DNA of 22,053 nt from Octopus sinensis (lineage: Eukaryota), in NCBI RefSeq assembly GCF_006345805.1, contig NW_021836987.1:1-22053 (forward strand). Reading direction: 5' to 3'. Position 1 is the stretch's first letter. Every line of letters begins with the position of its first letter. The notes under the pieces were generated by a model, which saw only the letters and a program-made list of their open reading frames with translations, did not search any database and had not been told where the DNA came from. Positions 10,889 through 21,345 of the stretch are shown here, piece by piece. A program made the translations under genes and the position numbers.

Positions 10889-11271
10889 GTGGAGGCGCAA
10901 TGGCCCAGTCTTTAGGGCAGCGGACTCGCGGTCATAGGATCGCGGCTTCGATTCCCAGACCAGGCGTTGTGTGTTTATTGAGCGAAAACACCTAAAGCTC
11001 CACGAGGCTCCGGTAGGGATGGTTGTGATCCCTGCTGTACTCTTTCACCACAACTTTCTCTCACTCTTACTTCCTGTTTCTGTTGTACCTGTATTTCAAG
11101 GGGCCGGCCTTGTCACTCTCTGTGTCACGCTGAATATCCCCGAGAACTACGTTAAGGGTGCACACGTCTGTGGAGTGCTCAGCCACTTACACGTTAATTT
11201 CACGAGCAGGCTGTTCCGTTGATTCGGATCAACCGGAACCCTCGTCGTCGTAACCGACGGAGTGCTTCCAT
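10889..11271 (+). mobile_element. Full-length SINE family B with 12-bp TSD
   Basis: GTGGAGGCGCAATGGCCCAGT head, TTCGATTCCC B box, and a tail ending GACGGAGTGCTTCCA. TATATTGCCCAC is duplicated at 10876-10887 and 11272-11283. Confidence 0.93.
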
Positions 11272-11497
11272 TATATTGCCCACAGGGGGCTAAACATAGA
11301 GTGAACAAACAAGGACAGATAAAGGGTTTAAGTTGATTACATCAACTCCAGTGCGTAACTGGTACTTATTTAATCAACCCCGAAAGGATGAAAGGCAAAG
11401 TCGACCTCGGCGGAGTTTGAATTCAGAACGTAACGGCAGACGAAATACGGCTACGTATTTCGCCCGGCGTGCTAACGATTCTGCCAACTCGCCGCCC
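11272..11497 (-). mobile_element. SINE family A whose tail is the target of the adjacent B insertion
   Basis: Reverse complement of the family A sequence at 1279-1510. Confidence 0.9.
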
Positions 11498-11518
11498 ATA
11501 AACATATATATATAGAGA

Positions 11519-11826
11519 GAGGAGTAGGAATGTTTGTGTGGTAAGAAGCTTCCTTCTCAACCACATGGTTCCGGGTCCAGTCCACTGCAAGGCACCTTGG
11601 GCTAGTGTCTTCTACTTGAGCCCCGGGCCGACGAAAGCCTTGGGAGTGGATTTGGTGGAACGAGACCGAAAGAAGATCGTCGTATACGGAAGTGTGTGTG
11701 TGTGTGTGTGGATGTCTATGTGTGTATCTTTTTGTCTGTGTTTTCCCCTTCCAACCATCTCTTGATAAACGATGTTGGTGTGTTTATGTCCCAGTAACTT
11801 AGCAGTTCGGCAAAAAAGAGACCGAA
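11519..11826 (+). mobile_element. SINE family D, 3'-truncated
   Basis: Reverse complement of 19405-19696, including the internal (TG)n. Confidence 0.85.
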
Positions 11827-11863
11827 TTATTATTATTATCATTATTATTATTATTATTATTAT

Positions 11864-11954
11864 TCAGGTCACTGCCTGGAATCGAACTCGGAATTTGGGG
11901 GTTTGTAGCCTACGCTCTTAACCACTACGCCATATGCCCGCGGGCATATAATAA

Positions 11955-12030
<76 letters not shown>

Positions 12031-12173
12031 CAACAAAAATTATCTTAGGGATCAGAATGCAGGCTCAAAATTTCCCCAAGACACCCGAAGAAGCCTGGAG
12101 GGTATATCAGCCGAAACGTTGTGTTAACAACAAACAAGATGAGGACAAATATCTGTGAAATGTAAATAATGTA
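11864..12173. mobile_element. Composite element: inverted tRNA-like head, palindrome, (AAT)n(AAC)n and hammerhead-bearing tail
   Basis: Minus-strand head GGCATATGGCGTAGTGGTTAAGAGC...GAGTTCGATTCCAGGCAGTGACC (A and B boxes, 11864-11940). An 18-bp palindrome lies at 11932-11949 and the hammerhead at 12081-12124 (+). Confidence 0.7.
12081..12124 (+). ncRNA. Minimal type I hammerhead ribozyme motif, degenerate
   Basis: ACAC-CCGAAGA-A-GCCTG gagggtatat CAGCC-GAAA-CG-TT-GTGT. Stem I is ACAC/GTGT, the core is CUGANGA with U4>C, stem II pairs 4 of 5, GAAA is intact, and stem III is the palindrome AACGTT. Confidence 0.75.
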
Positions 12174-12339
12174 TTATTAACCATATCCTTAAATTTAAGT
12201 AAATTTAATTTAATTAGGAAATTAGGAAATTGAATAATAGTCTTGTAGCTTATTACTAACAATAATAGTAGGATTAGTAAAATTAACAATGCTAAAGAGA
12301 GGGGTGCTAATAACAGTAAAAATCGTACCTGATACTCAC

Positions 12340-12374
12340 CGTTTAAGGATGGTCTTTGTCAATTTGTTTTTAAC
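12340..12374 (-). CDS. Candidate 35-nt host exon (VKNKLTKTILKR), gene unidentified
   Basis: The minus strand reads ccttttcaactctgcag|GTTAAAAACAAATTGACAAAGACCATCCTTAAACG|gtgagtatc. Acceptor and donor are near consensus and only one frame is open. Confidence 0.55.
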
Positions 12375-13341
12375 CTGCAGAGTTGAAAAGGTCAGGATCT
12401 AGGTTACTTTTGGAACAATGACAACGCTACGTGTAATTCGGCTGGGCTTGTATTTAATTTAGATTCTATCTGAGCAATGCAGTTGACTCCACCCTTAAGA
12501 CGTGGCAATTAATAACTAATTCACGTAAAGTTGCAAATTTTGCCCTGTGCATTTGTTGCTAGGAAACATATGTAGGTGTCGAAATGGACACAAGTAATTA
12601 ACTGCTGATTAAAACTGGATATAAATCTCTATTCTCTTTTCTTATAAATTCGTTATTTTCTCTAACGAAAACATGCAGTCTCTATAGAGACATGTGGATT
12701 TACCGATGTGAAGATAGACTGAGGTTAGTAAATCAAACTAACTGGAGACTCTTTTATACAATCACTGATGTTAGCGAACATTAATAACCGGAAAATGCAA
12801 CTACGATACCTTCTTGGATTCTATATCCTTATAAACCAAAATTTGGAAAATTATACATACATACATACATGCATACACACATGCATACATACATACATAT
12901 ATATATATATACATACATACATGCATACACACACACACACATATATATAAGTATCAAGTTAGAGGGGTTTAATACCTCTAAGGGATAATTAAATCCAGAG
13001 TCACGCCCGGCTATTAGCTGGGTAGGTACAGTCTTTTGTAAGATTGTACGGTAGCAAATGGTTCGGTTGGTAAACTGGAGTTTATTTTATATAAAAGAAG
13101 AAAATGGATATAATAACAATGGGAAACTCATGCTTTACGCTGGCATGCCTTTAATTAAATAGGTAACAAAGAAGGAAGAAGCAGGGATGAGAGTGGCATC
13201 TACGATCGTTTCGATTTACTTGAGTAAGTAAATCTCGAGTATAGATAGATGCATCTGTTAGGATGCGAATATAATTGAACATATGTGATGAAAATGTAAA
13301 CAAAGTGGTAATTCTTACATTGAAATTTTGTTCTTGTACTG

Positions 13342-13389
13342 GTAAATTCGCTGGGTAGAGGTTTGCAAACCTCTACCCAGCGAATTTAC
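13342..13389. repeat. Perfect 48-bp palindrome
   Basis: GTAAATTCGCTGGGTAGAGGTTTG followed directly by its exact reverse complement. Confidence 0.97.
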
Positions 13390-13519
13390 ACACACACACA
13401 CACACACATACATATATACATACACTACGGCCTTCCACGCGGTTTCCGTCTATCAAATTATATAAGTATCTAATTTGGCAGATGAAATATTCATTATACA
13501 TTCGTTATAAGAATACGTG

Positions 13520-13752
13520 TGTGTGTGTGTGTGTTTGTATTTATTTCCCGATCACTGCTTAACTCCTAGTCTTGAACTACTTACGTCATCGTAACTTAGC
13601 GATTCGATGAAAGACATCAACAGAATAAGTACCACACTTGAAAAAAATTAGACAGATAGAAAAATAAGTACTGGGGCCGATTCGTTCAGCTTAAAGTCTT
13701 TGAGACTGCAATCCAATATGGCTGCAGTACAATAACTAAAACAGCTAAGAGG
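13520..13752 (+). mobile_element. Old SINE family D, 3' half
   Basis: Diverged match to the D tail (gtaacttagcg...cagaataagtacc...ataagtactggggccgatt...atggctgcagt). Confidence 0.6.
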
Positions 13753-13803
13753 TAGAAAGAAAATGTAGTCTCGTTATTTCATTTGCATACTGAGTTGTTG
13801 TTA

Positions 13804-14108
13804 TTTGTTCTTTCCCGAGCCATACCATACTCATAAGGGTCGGTTTCTCGGTTTCATTAGCGTATAGGTTCCCCACCAGGACGGGACGCCGGTCCGTCGC
13901 AGGTGAGCTGCTAGATGCAGGAGGAAAGAGTGAGAGAGAAAGTTGTGGTGAAAGAGTCAGCAGAAGTTCGCTATTACTTTCTACCGGAGCCGGTTGGAGC
14001 CTGGATGTTTCGCTCATAAAAACACAAAAATCGCCCACTCTGAAATTCGAACCTACGATCCCTCGACCACGAGTCTTCTGCTTTAACCACTAGACCATAT
14101 GCCTCTAC
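13804..14108 (-). mobile_element. SINE family E
   Basis: tRNA head with A and B boxes, a 5' region homologous to family B, a distinct 3' tail and an (AAC)n end. Homologous to 14134-14432 and 17846-18145. Confidence 0.9.
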
Positions 14109-14133
14109 AATATAATTGGTATTGTTGTTGTTG

Positions 14134-14432
14134 TTTGTTCCTTCTCCGGCCATGGCTAGCTGATAAGTGCCAGTTTCCCGGTTTCATTGGTCTATAGGTT
14201 CCCCACCTGAACGGAACGCCGGTCCGTCGCAGGTGAGCTGCAAGATGCAGGAGGAAAGAGTGAGAGAGAAAGTTGTGGCGAAAGAGTCAGCAGAAGTTCG
14301 CTATTACTTTCTGCCGGAGCCGGGTGGAGCTTAGGTGTTTCGCTCATAAAAACACAGACATCGCCTGGTCTGAGATGGGAACCTGCGATCCCTCGACCGA
14401 GTGTCCGTTGCTCTAACTACTAGGCCATGTGC
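14134..14432 (-). mobile_element. SINE family E, in tandem with the previous copy
   Basis: Homologous to 13804-14108 and 17846-18145. Confidence 0.9.
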
Positions 14433-14476
14433 ATACTGAGTATTGAGTACTCAAATATTCATTGTCCACCATAGAA

Positions 14477-14772
14477 AATTCCTCCGAGGTCGATAATATC
14501 TTCCATCCTTCCGGGGTCGATAAAATAGATGGCAATCAAATACGAGGGTCGATGATATCGACCAGCCCCCTCCCCTATAATTTTAGGCCTTGTGCCTATT
14601 GTAGAAAGGGTTATTAAGGTAGCAAGAAGAAGGCGATCTGGCCAAGTCGTTAGCACGTCGGACACAAAAACTTAGCGGCATTTCATCTGTCTCTACGTTC
14701 TGAGTTCAAAAACCGCCGAGGTCGATTTTGACATCCACCTTTCCGTGGTTCGACGAAATAAGTACCAGTTGA
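14477..14772 (+). mobile_element. Two old family A fragments (14477-14615 with variant tail; 14631-14772 5' part)
   Basis: Diverged ccgaggtcga...ttccatccttccggggtcgataaa cores. Confidence 0.7.
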
Positions 14773-14967
14773 CAACAGGTTTCTGATTGCTTTAAAGATA
14801 ACTAGTGTTTTGCATTTAAACCTCGCTCACTAAGAAACCAGTCCCAGCGAGCGGTGTTTTATTAATTGAACGAAAGACTCAAACACGTATCTTAGAAACC
14901 GAAAAGCCCCACATCATTTCCGCTTTGCGATTTAACTGCAGAAATATTGCGATTGAGGGTGTGATTT

Positions 14968-14968
14968 C

Positions 14969-15001
<33 letters not shown>

Positions 15002-15030
15002 CAGCAGCAGCAGCGGCAACAACAGCAACT

Positions 15031-15081
<51 letters not shown>

Positions 15082-15125
15082 TGATGGTGGTAATGGTGAT
15101 GGTGGTGTTGGTGGTGATGGTGGCG
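14968..15125. repeat. (GTA)n/(GCA)n/(GGT)n trinucleotide microsatellites
   Basis: Direct reading. It explains the poly-Ser and poly-Leu ORFs. Confidence 0.95.
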
Positions 15126-15375
15126 TTTGTTGATGTTGCCACTGGAGTATATAAATAGATGGGTCTTGGTCTGTGGTCTGCTTTATTACATTATAAAAAA
15201 TGATGTCGTTAGAGGTTGTTGTTGTTGTTGATAGTGGTGGTTGTGGTGGCAGCGGCGGCGGTGACCTTCGTTGTCACGTACAATGACAGATAGAGGGTGT
15301 GGTATGGCGTATTGTCGGAATGGGCGTGGTGGTGGAGTTGCTAATCCTGTAAAGACTGGCTCTTATTTCTGACAT

Positions 15376-15381
15376 TGTTGT

Positions 15382-15433
<52 letters not shown>

Positions 15434-15730
15434 ATGATGGTGATGGTGATGGTGATGATGATGTGGTGATGGTGGTGGTGGTGGTGGTGGTTGTCGTGGT
15501 GGTGGTCGTGGTGGTGGCATTGAGAGTGCTGTTGGTAATCGTTTAAGGTAGGTTGTTTGGGTGTGGTGTGGTGTGGTGAGGAGAGGTATGGGATGTTGCT
15601 GCATGGGTGTGGTGGTGTGGTGGTGTGGTGTTGGCAGTGATAGTTTTTGTAGTGGCGGCGATGTTAGTTGATGGTGGTGGTGGTGGTGATGGTGGTGATG
15701 GTGATGGTGATGGTGGTGGCAGTGGTGGCG
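15376..15730. repeat. (GAT)n/(GGT)n low-complexity field
   Basis: Direct reading. Confidence 0.9.
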
Positions 15731-15909
15731 CTGCTGTGACAGGGCGTGGGTCTAATGAAAGATTGTAAACAAAAGAGACACTGTGTTTGCTATATGTCTT
15801 CGTGGCAATGGCATAAAGTTCGTTCGGTGCATTTCTGAAATGGAAAAATAAGTAAATAATAATAATAATAATAATAAAATATAATAATAATAATAATAAT
15901 AATAATGGT

Positions 15910-16295
15910 CCTTTCTACTAAAGGCACAAAGCCTAAAATTTTGTGGGGAGTGTGCAAGTTGATTACATCCATCCCAGTGCTCAACTGGTAAGTACTTCAT
16001 CGACCCCCGAAAGGGTGAAAGGTAAAGTCGACCTCGGTGGAATTTGAACTCAGAACTTAAAGACATGCAAAATACTGCTAAGCATTTTGCCTGGCGTGCT
16101 AACGGTTCTGCCAGCTCACTGCCTTAATAATCATTTCTAGTAAAGTCACAAGGCCTGAAAGTTTGGGGGAGGGGGAAGTCGATTGGATCGACTCTAGTAT
16201 GCAACTGGTACTTGATTTATTGACCTCCAAAGGATGAAAGGCAAAGTCAACTTCAGCGGAATTTGAACTCAGAGTGCGAAGACGGACGAAATACC
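15910..16295 (-). mobile_element. Two family A copies with variant tail (15910-16125 full length; 16130-16295 5'-truncated)
   Basis: A core plus the variant tail ttctactaaaggcacaaagcct / ttctagtaaagtcacaaggcct. Confidence 0.85.
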
Positions 16296-16842
16296 TATTT
16301 CTTTACTACCCACAAGGGGCTAAACACAGAGAGGACAAACAAGGACAGACGAAGGGATTAAGTCGATTACATCGACCCCAGTGCGTAACTGGTACTTAAT
16401 TATCGACCCCCGAAAGGATAAAGGCAAAGTCAACTTCGGCGATTTGAACTCAGAGTGCGAACGGACGAAATACCTATTTCTTATTACCCACAAGGCTAAC
16501 ACAGAGAGGACAAACAGACGACAAAGGGATTAAGTCGATTACATCGCCCCAGTGCGTAACTGGTACTTATTTATCGACCCCGAAGGATGAAAGGCAAGTC
16601 ACTTGGCGGAATTGAACTCAGAGTGCGAAGACGGACGAAATACCTATTTCTTTACTACCCACAAGGGGCTAAACACAGAAGGACAACAGGACAGACAAAG
16701 GATTTTGTCGATTACATCGACCCCATGCGTACTGGTACTTAATTTATCGACCCCGAAAAGGATGAAAGGCAAAGTCGACCTCGGCGGAATTTGAACTCAG
16801 AACGTAACGGCAGACGAAATACCGCTGAGCATTTTGCTCGCC
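16296..16842 (-). repeat. Head-to-tail array of three SINE-A units (16296-16474, 16475-16644, 16645-16842)
   Basis: The identical junction GACGAAATACC|TATTTC recurs at 16295/6, 16474/5 and 16644/5. Confidence 0.92.
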
Positions 16843-16947
16843 GTCTTAATAATAATAACAAAAATATACTACTGTAGCTATACCAACAAAAACAGCGACA
16901 GGAACAACAATATATATTAAAGTAAGAAGACTTGACTGAGTTTTGGT

Positions 16948-17334
16948 GGATGGAAGCACTCCGTCGGTTACGACGACGAGGGTTCCGGTTGATCCGAATC
17001 AACGGAACAGCCTGCTCGTGAAATTAACGTGTAAGTGGCTGAGCACACCACAGACACGTGTACCCTTAACGTAGTTCTCGGGGATATTCAGCGTGACACA
17101 GAGAGTGACAAGGCCGGCCCTTTGAAATACAGGTACAACAGAAACAGGAAGTAAGAGTGAGAGAAAGTTGTGGTGAAAGAGTACAGCAGGGATCACCACC
17201 ACCCCCTGCCGGAGCCTCGTGGAGCTTTAGGTGTTTTCGCTCAATAAACATTCACAACGCCCGGTCTGGGAATCGAAACCGCATCCTACGACCGCGAGTC
17301 CGCTGCCCTAACCACTGGGCCATTGCGCCTCCAC
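16948..17334 (-). mobile_element. Full-length SINE family B with 11-13-bp TSD
   Basis: ACTGAGTTTTGGT at 16935-16947 and 17333-17345. High identity to the other B copies. Confidence 0.93.
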
Positions 17335-17845
17335 TGAGTTTTGGTAGCGTCTAACAGAATACCTCGAGTATTTGCTCCGACTCGGCTATCTATTTGACAT
17401 CTTGAGTTCGAATCCAGCCGTTATCAACTTTGTCTTCCATCCATTCGAGGTTGATAATTAAAAATGTATTAGTCCGCTATAGCGGATTCCCAGAACTGTC
17501 AGCACTTCTAAGACCAGATGTCGTCCGGTATTTCTTCCGGCTCTCTGCGTTCTCAGTTCAACTCCCACCATGACCCATTTGTGAAGTAGCTAAATCCATC
17601 ACCCAATTTTATGCCTCCGTCTGGCACCTTGGGTAGGTTTAGCTTTTTATTAACATCGATTCGTATCGAAATATCGACAACCAGCACAGTTATAATTTCT
17701 AATTTTGGCAAAAAACAAAAAGCTTATTTTTTGCGGTTTGTCGACTATTTTGATCTTAGCATAAGCTTAACACCTTTATCTTTTTGAAACTCTAAGGATG
17801 AATGGCAAAATTGACTTTGGCAGGTTTTGAACTCTAAACGTAGAC

Positions 17846-18145
17846 TTTGTTCCTTCTCGAGCCACGCCTGGCTCATAAGGGCCGGTTTCCCGGTTTCCTT
17901 GGCGTATAGGTTCCCCACCTAGATGGGACGCCGGTCCATCGCAGGTGAGCTCCTAGATGCAGGAAGAAAGAGTGAGGGAAAGTTGTGGCGAAAGAGTCAG
18001 CAGGAGTTCGCCATTACCTTCTGCCGGAGCCGTATGGAACTTAGGTGTTTCGCTCATAAACACACACATCGCCCGGTCTGAGATTCGAACCCGCGATCCC
18101 TCGACCGCGAGTCCGCTGCTCTAACCACTAGGCCATGTGACTCCA
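17846..18145 (-). mobile_element. SINE family E, with an extra copy of the head fragment at 18188-18222
   Basis: Intact A box (TGGCCTAGTGG) and B box (GGTTCGAATC). Confidence 0.9.
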
Positions 18146-18602
18146 AAAGATTAAAAACGCATGTACACCCAGAGTAAATTAATTAATCGCTGCTCTAACC
18201 ACTAGGCCATATGTTCCTCCACTAAAAGTAGAGAGTACAAAGAAATGCAGCTAGTTCCTTTGGGAATACTCCCACGACCCAACGATTCTTCCAAGATATT
18301 ACCTAAATAATTCTTTCAAAATTTCGTACAAGACCCGCAATTTTGAAGGGAGACGGAAGTCAATGGAATTGATCCCAGCACCTGGTTGGTATTCATTTAT
18401 CGACAGTGGGTAGTAAAGAAATAGGTCAGCAACAACATCAACAATAGCGACAAGTATTTGGTGTTAAGTTTATGCAGGCCTCCATCTTTTAGAAAGAGCA
18501 ACCAAATTCGCTAATAACCATACCCTGTCATATTAAATATAGAAGATGCTGTAAGAAGTATATAGAAAAGGAATATAACGGGTATCCAAGTTTGGAACAT
18601 CG

Positions 18603-19060
18603 TTGTACTTGCACTTGGACTTGTGACGGCGTCTACCCAAGGCGGGTTGAGCCGGCTTCTTCTCTGGTCCTGACGGCATCACGAACCATGGCGGCCCACG
18701 CTCGACGGTCCTGTGCGAGGTCACTGGAGATAGCGCGCCATTCGCGGTTCCATCTGCGCAGACCGACCACCTGCGGACCTGAGAGTTCGGAGAGGTCCTT
18801 CTTTATCGTCGTTGCCCAGGTGTACAGCTGCTTGCCCGTGAGTTTGCGCCAGCTGGGGGAAGTGGAGGTGGGAGGAGGACATCGCGAATCAGCTCACCCT
18901 CTGGACGCCGGGCCGCATGACCGAACCACCTTAAGCACCGTTGTAGAAGCACCGAAGGGCGGGTTGAGCCGGCTTCTTCTCTGGTCCTGATGGCATCACG
19001 AACCATGGCGGCCCACGCTCGACGGTCCTGTGCGCCGTTGTAGAAGCACCGAACGGAGGG
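18603..19060 (-). pseudogene. RTE-clade LINE 3' end (ORF C-terminus and tail), frameshifted, with internal self-insertion
   Basis: VLLQRCLRWFGHAARRPEGELIRDVLLP-[frameshift]-SWRKLTGKQLYTWATTIKKDL...LAQDRRAWAAMVRDA...G*. The RLRWFGH and AQDRxxW motifs are typical of RTE C-termini. Tail is (CAAGTN)3. Confidence 0.88.
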
Positions 19061-19304
19061 GTCAGTGGAGGGGGAGGGACATCATTGATCGTAGGTCTGG
19101 TCGATCGATCCTCACTTAGGGCTAAATAAGATAAAACCACATCAAAACCCATTAACACAGACATTAATGACAACAGACAGCATTGATATCAACAACAACA
19201 ACAGATATTTTAACATGAACACGAGACATCTGGAAAGTCTTTTAGTGGTCGTTCAACCTGCTAGAAATAGTAGTCAAATCCCTCTCACATCACTCTCTCA
19301 CTTT

Positions 19305-19696
19305 TTTACTCTTTTACTTGTTTCAGTCATTTGAGTTAGGCCATGCTGGAGCACCGCATTTAGTCGAGCAAATCGACCCCAGGACTTATTCTTTGTAAGC
19401 CTAGTACTTATTCTATCGGTCTCTTTCGCCGAACCGCTAAGTTACGGGGACGTAAACACACCAGCATCGGTTGCCAAGCGATGTTAGGGGTACAAACACA
19501 GACACACACACATACATATATGTATACATATATACGACGGGCTTCTTTTCAGTTTCCGTCTACTAAATCCACTCACAAGGTTCAGGTCGGCCCGAGGCTA
19601 TAGTAGAAGACTTGCCCAAAGTACCACGCAGTGGGACTGAACCTGGACTCATGTGGTTCGTAAGCAAGCTACTTTACCACACAGCCACTCCTGCGC
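19305..19696 (-). mobile_element. Full-length SINE family D
   Basis: Head GCGCAGGAGTGGCTGTGTGGTAAAGTAGC, internal CA/TA microsatellite, and tail GGTGCTCCAGCATGGCC...CAAGTAAAAGAG. Confidence 0.9.
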
Positions 19697-20054
19697 TTAC
19701 ACATGATACATTAGTGAGAAAAAATGGCTTTATGAATAATATACTCCTGGCTTCCTTACGTACAGAAAAGGGATGGTCACGACTGGAGAGTCTCATATAA
19801 GGCCAGCACGGTTAGAGTTAAACTGAGGTTAAAGAACAACAAAAACAAAACACTAGAAGAAGAGCAGCAGCAGCAGCAGCACTATTGCTTTTATAACAAG
19901 AGTAGGATAGATCAGGCACCCATCCTCACCCGACAACAGCCACACCCCTCCGCGGTGGATGTGTAATGAAGTTTAAATGTTCTTCTCTGGGTCATTGGGT
20001 GCATTTCTCCTGCTAGCCTCGTTATCAATACACTTGGCAAACATAAATCGGCTA

Positions 20055-20363
20055 AGTGTGTGTGTATGCGTGCCTGTACGTACGCGTATGTGTGTGTGTG
20101 TGTGTGTGTATGTAAGAGTGTGTGTATGTGTGTGTGGGAAGGTGTATGTGTGTGTGTGTAAGAGTGTGTGTGTGTGTGTGTGTGGGAAGGTGTATGTGTG
20201 TGTGTGTGTGTGTGTTCTTATGTTGCTTTTGCGAGTAGGTGCACGTGTTTATGTGTGTTTGAACAAACACGTTATATACACAAACATACGCTTAAGTGTA
20301 CTCACGAGTATATATAAGCACATACAGGTTCTTTGCACACACGCACACACACACACGCACGCA

Positions 20364-20413
<50 letters not shown>

Positions 20414-20586
20414 CACGAATACTAATAGCTACAAAGATACGAAGACACGTTTGAATCTATGATTATGTCTATGTATGTATGCGTGAGTGTGTATATATAT
20501 ATATATATAAGTATATATACATATACACACGCACACACACATAAATACATATGTATATGTGTTAATATATATATATATATATATGT

Positions 20587-20640
<54 letters not shown>

Positions 20641-20676
20641 CTAATAGAGAGATAGATAGATAGATAGATAGATCTA

Positions 20677-20726
<50 letters not shown>

Positions 20727-20729
20727 CTA

Positions 20730-20802
<73 letters not shown>

Positions 20803-21140
20803 CAGGTAGAGAGATATACATATATGTAAATGTAAACATATATATATATATACATATATATATGTGTATATATACACACACAAATATATACACTCACACA
20901 TACATTTACACATATACGTATATAATATATATATATACATTCACACACACACATACACACACACATATATATATATATACTCACACATACATATACATAT
21001 TATGTATACATATGATGTATACATTTAGACACACACACACACACACAAACTCACACACATATATATATATACTTATACATATACACACATATATATATAT
21101 GTAGATTTAGATATACATACATACACGTATATATGTGTCT
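20055..21140. repeat. Compound microsatellite field: (TG)n, (CA)n, (TA)n and (ATAG)n at 20587-20801
   Basis: Direct reading. It explains the LSIY and HT ORFs. Confidence 0.95.
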
Positions 21141-21345
21141 ATGTGCTTATAATTATAGTCAATAAGATGCTATATGAAGTAATTAATTATACATCGTTCA
21201 TATAGCTATAAACCGTATAACTGTCAGTTTGTGACCCGCTTTTTTTTCATTTTTTATTCAGTGTTTTACTTTCTCTTTCTGTCTTCTTTCTTCCGTTCTT
21301 TCCTTTCTTCTGTCTCTATCACATTCTTATTTCCACTCTCTCCCC

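Noticed and set aside
11864-11940. tRNA gene
   Set aside because: A and B boxes are present but the acceptor and anticodon stems do not close convincingly, and it runs into (AAT)n. It is better explained as a SINE head. The same applies to the other tRNA-like heads.
15540-15834. Strong minus-strand splice acceptor followed by an open Pro-rich frame (NAPNELYAIATK...PPLPPPSP...)
   Set aside because: No convincing donor was found, most of the frame is (ACC)/(ATC) microsatellite, and no homology was recognised.
16296-16842. Regularly spaced repeats that might suggest a CRISPR array
   Set aside because: Units are 170-200-bp whole SINE copies with no unique spacers, the context is eukaryotic, and there are no cas genes.
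18592-18990. 132-aa plus-strand ORF
   Set aside because: It is the antisense shadow of the GC-rich RTE coding remnant on the minus strand.
20587-20801. Three GATCTA variants inside the (ATAG)n tract
   Set aside because: Explained by slippage duplication of one mutated unit. Spacing is irregular and there is no sign of function.
1608-21104. Long ORFs rich in YI, VC, HT, LSIY or homopolymer runs (e.g. 3537-4094, 4483-5103, 20429-20893)
   Set aside because: They are translations of di-, tri- and tetranucleotide microsatellites, not proteins.
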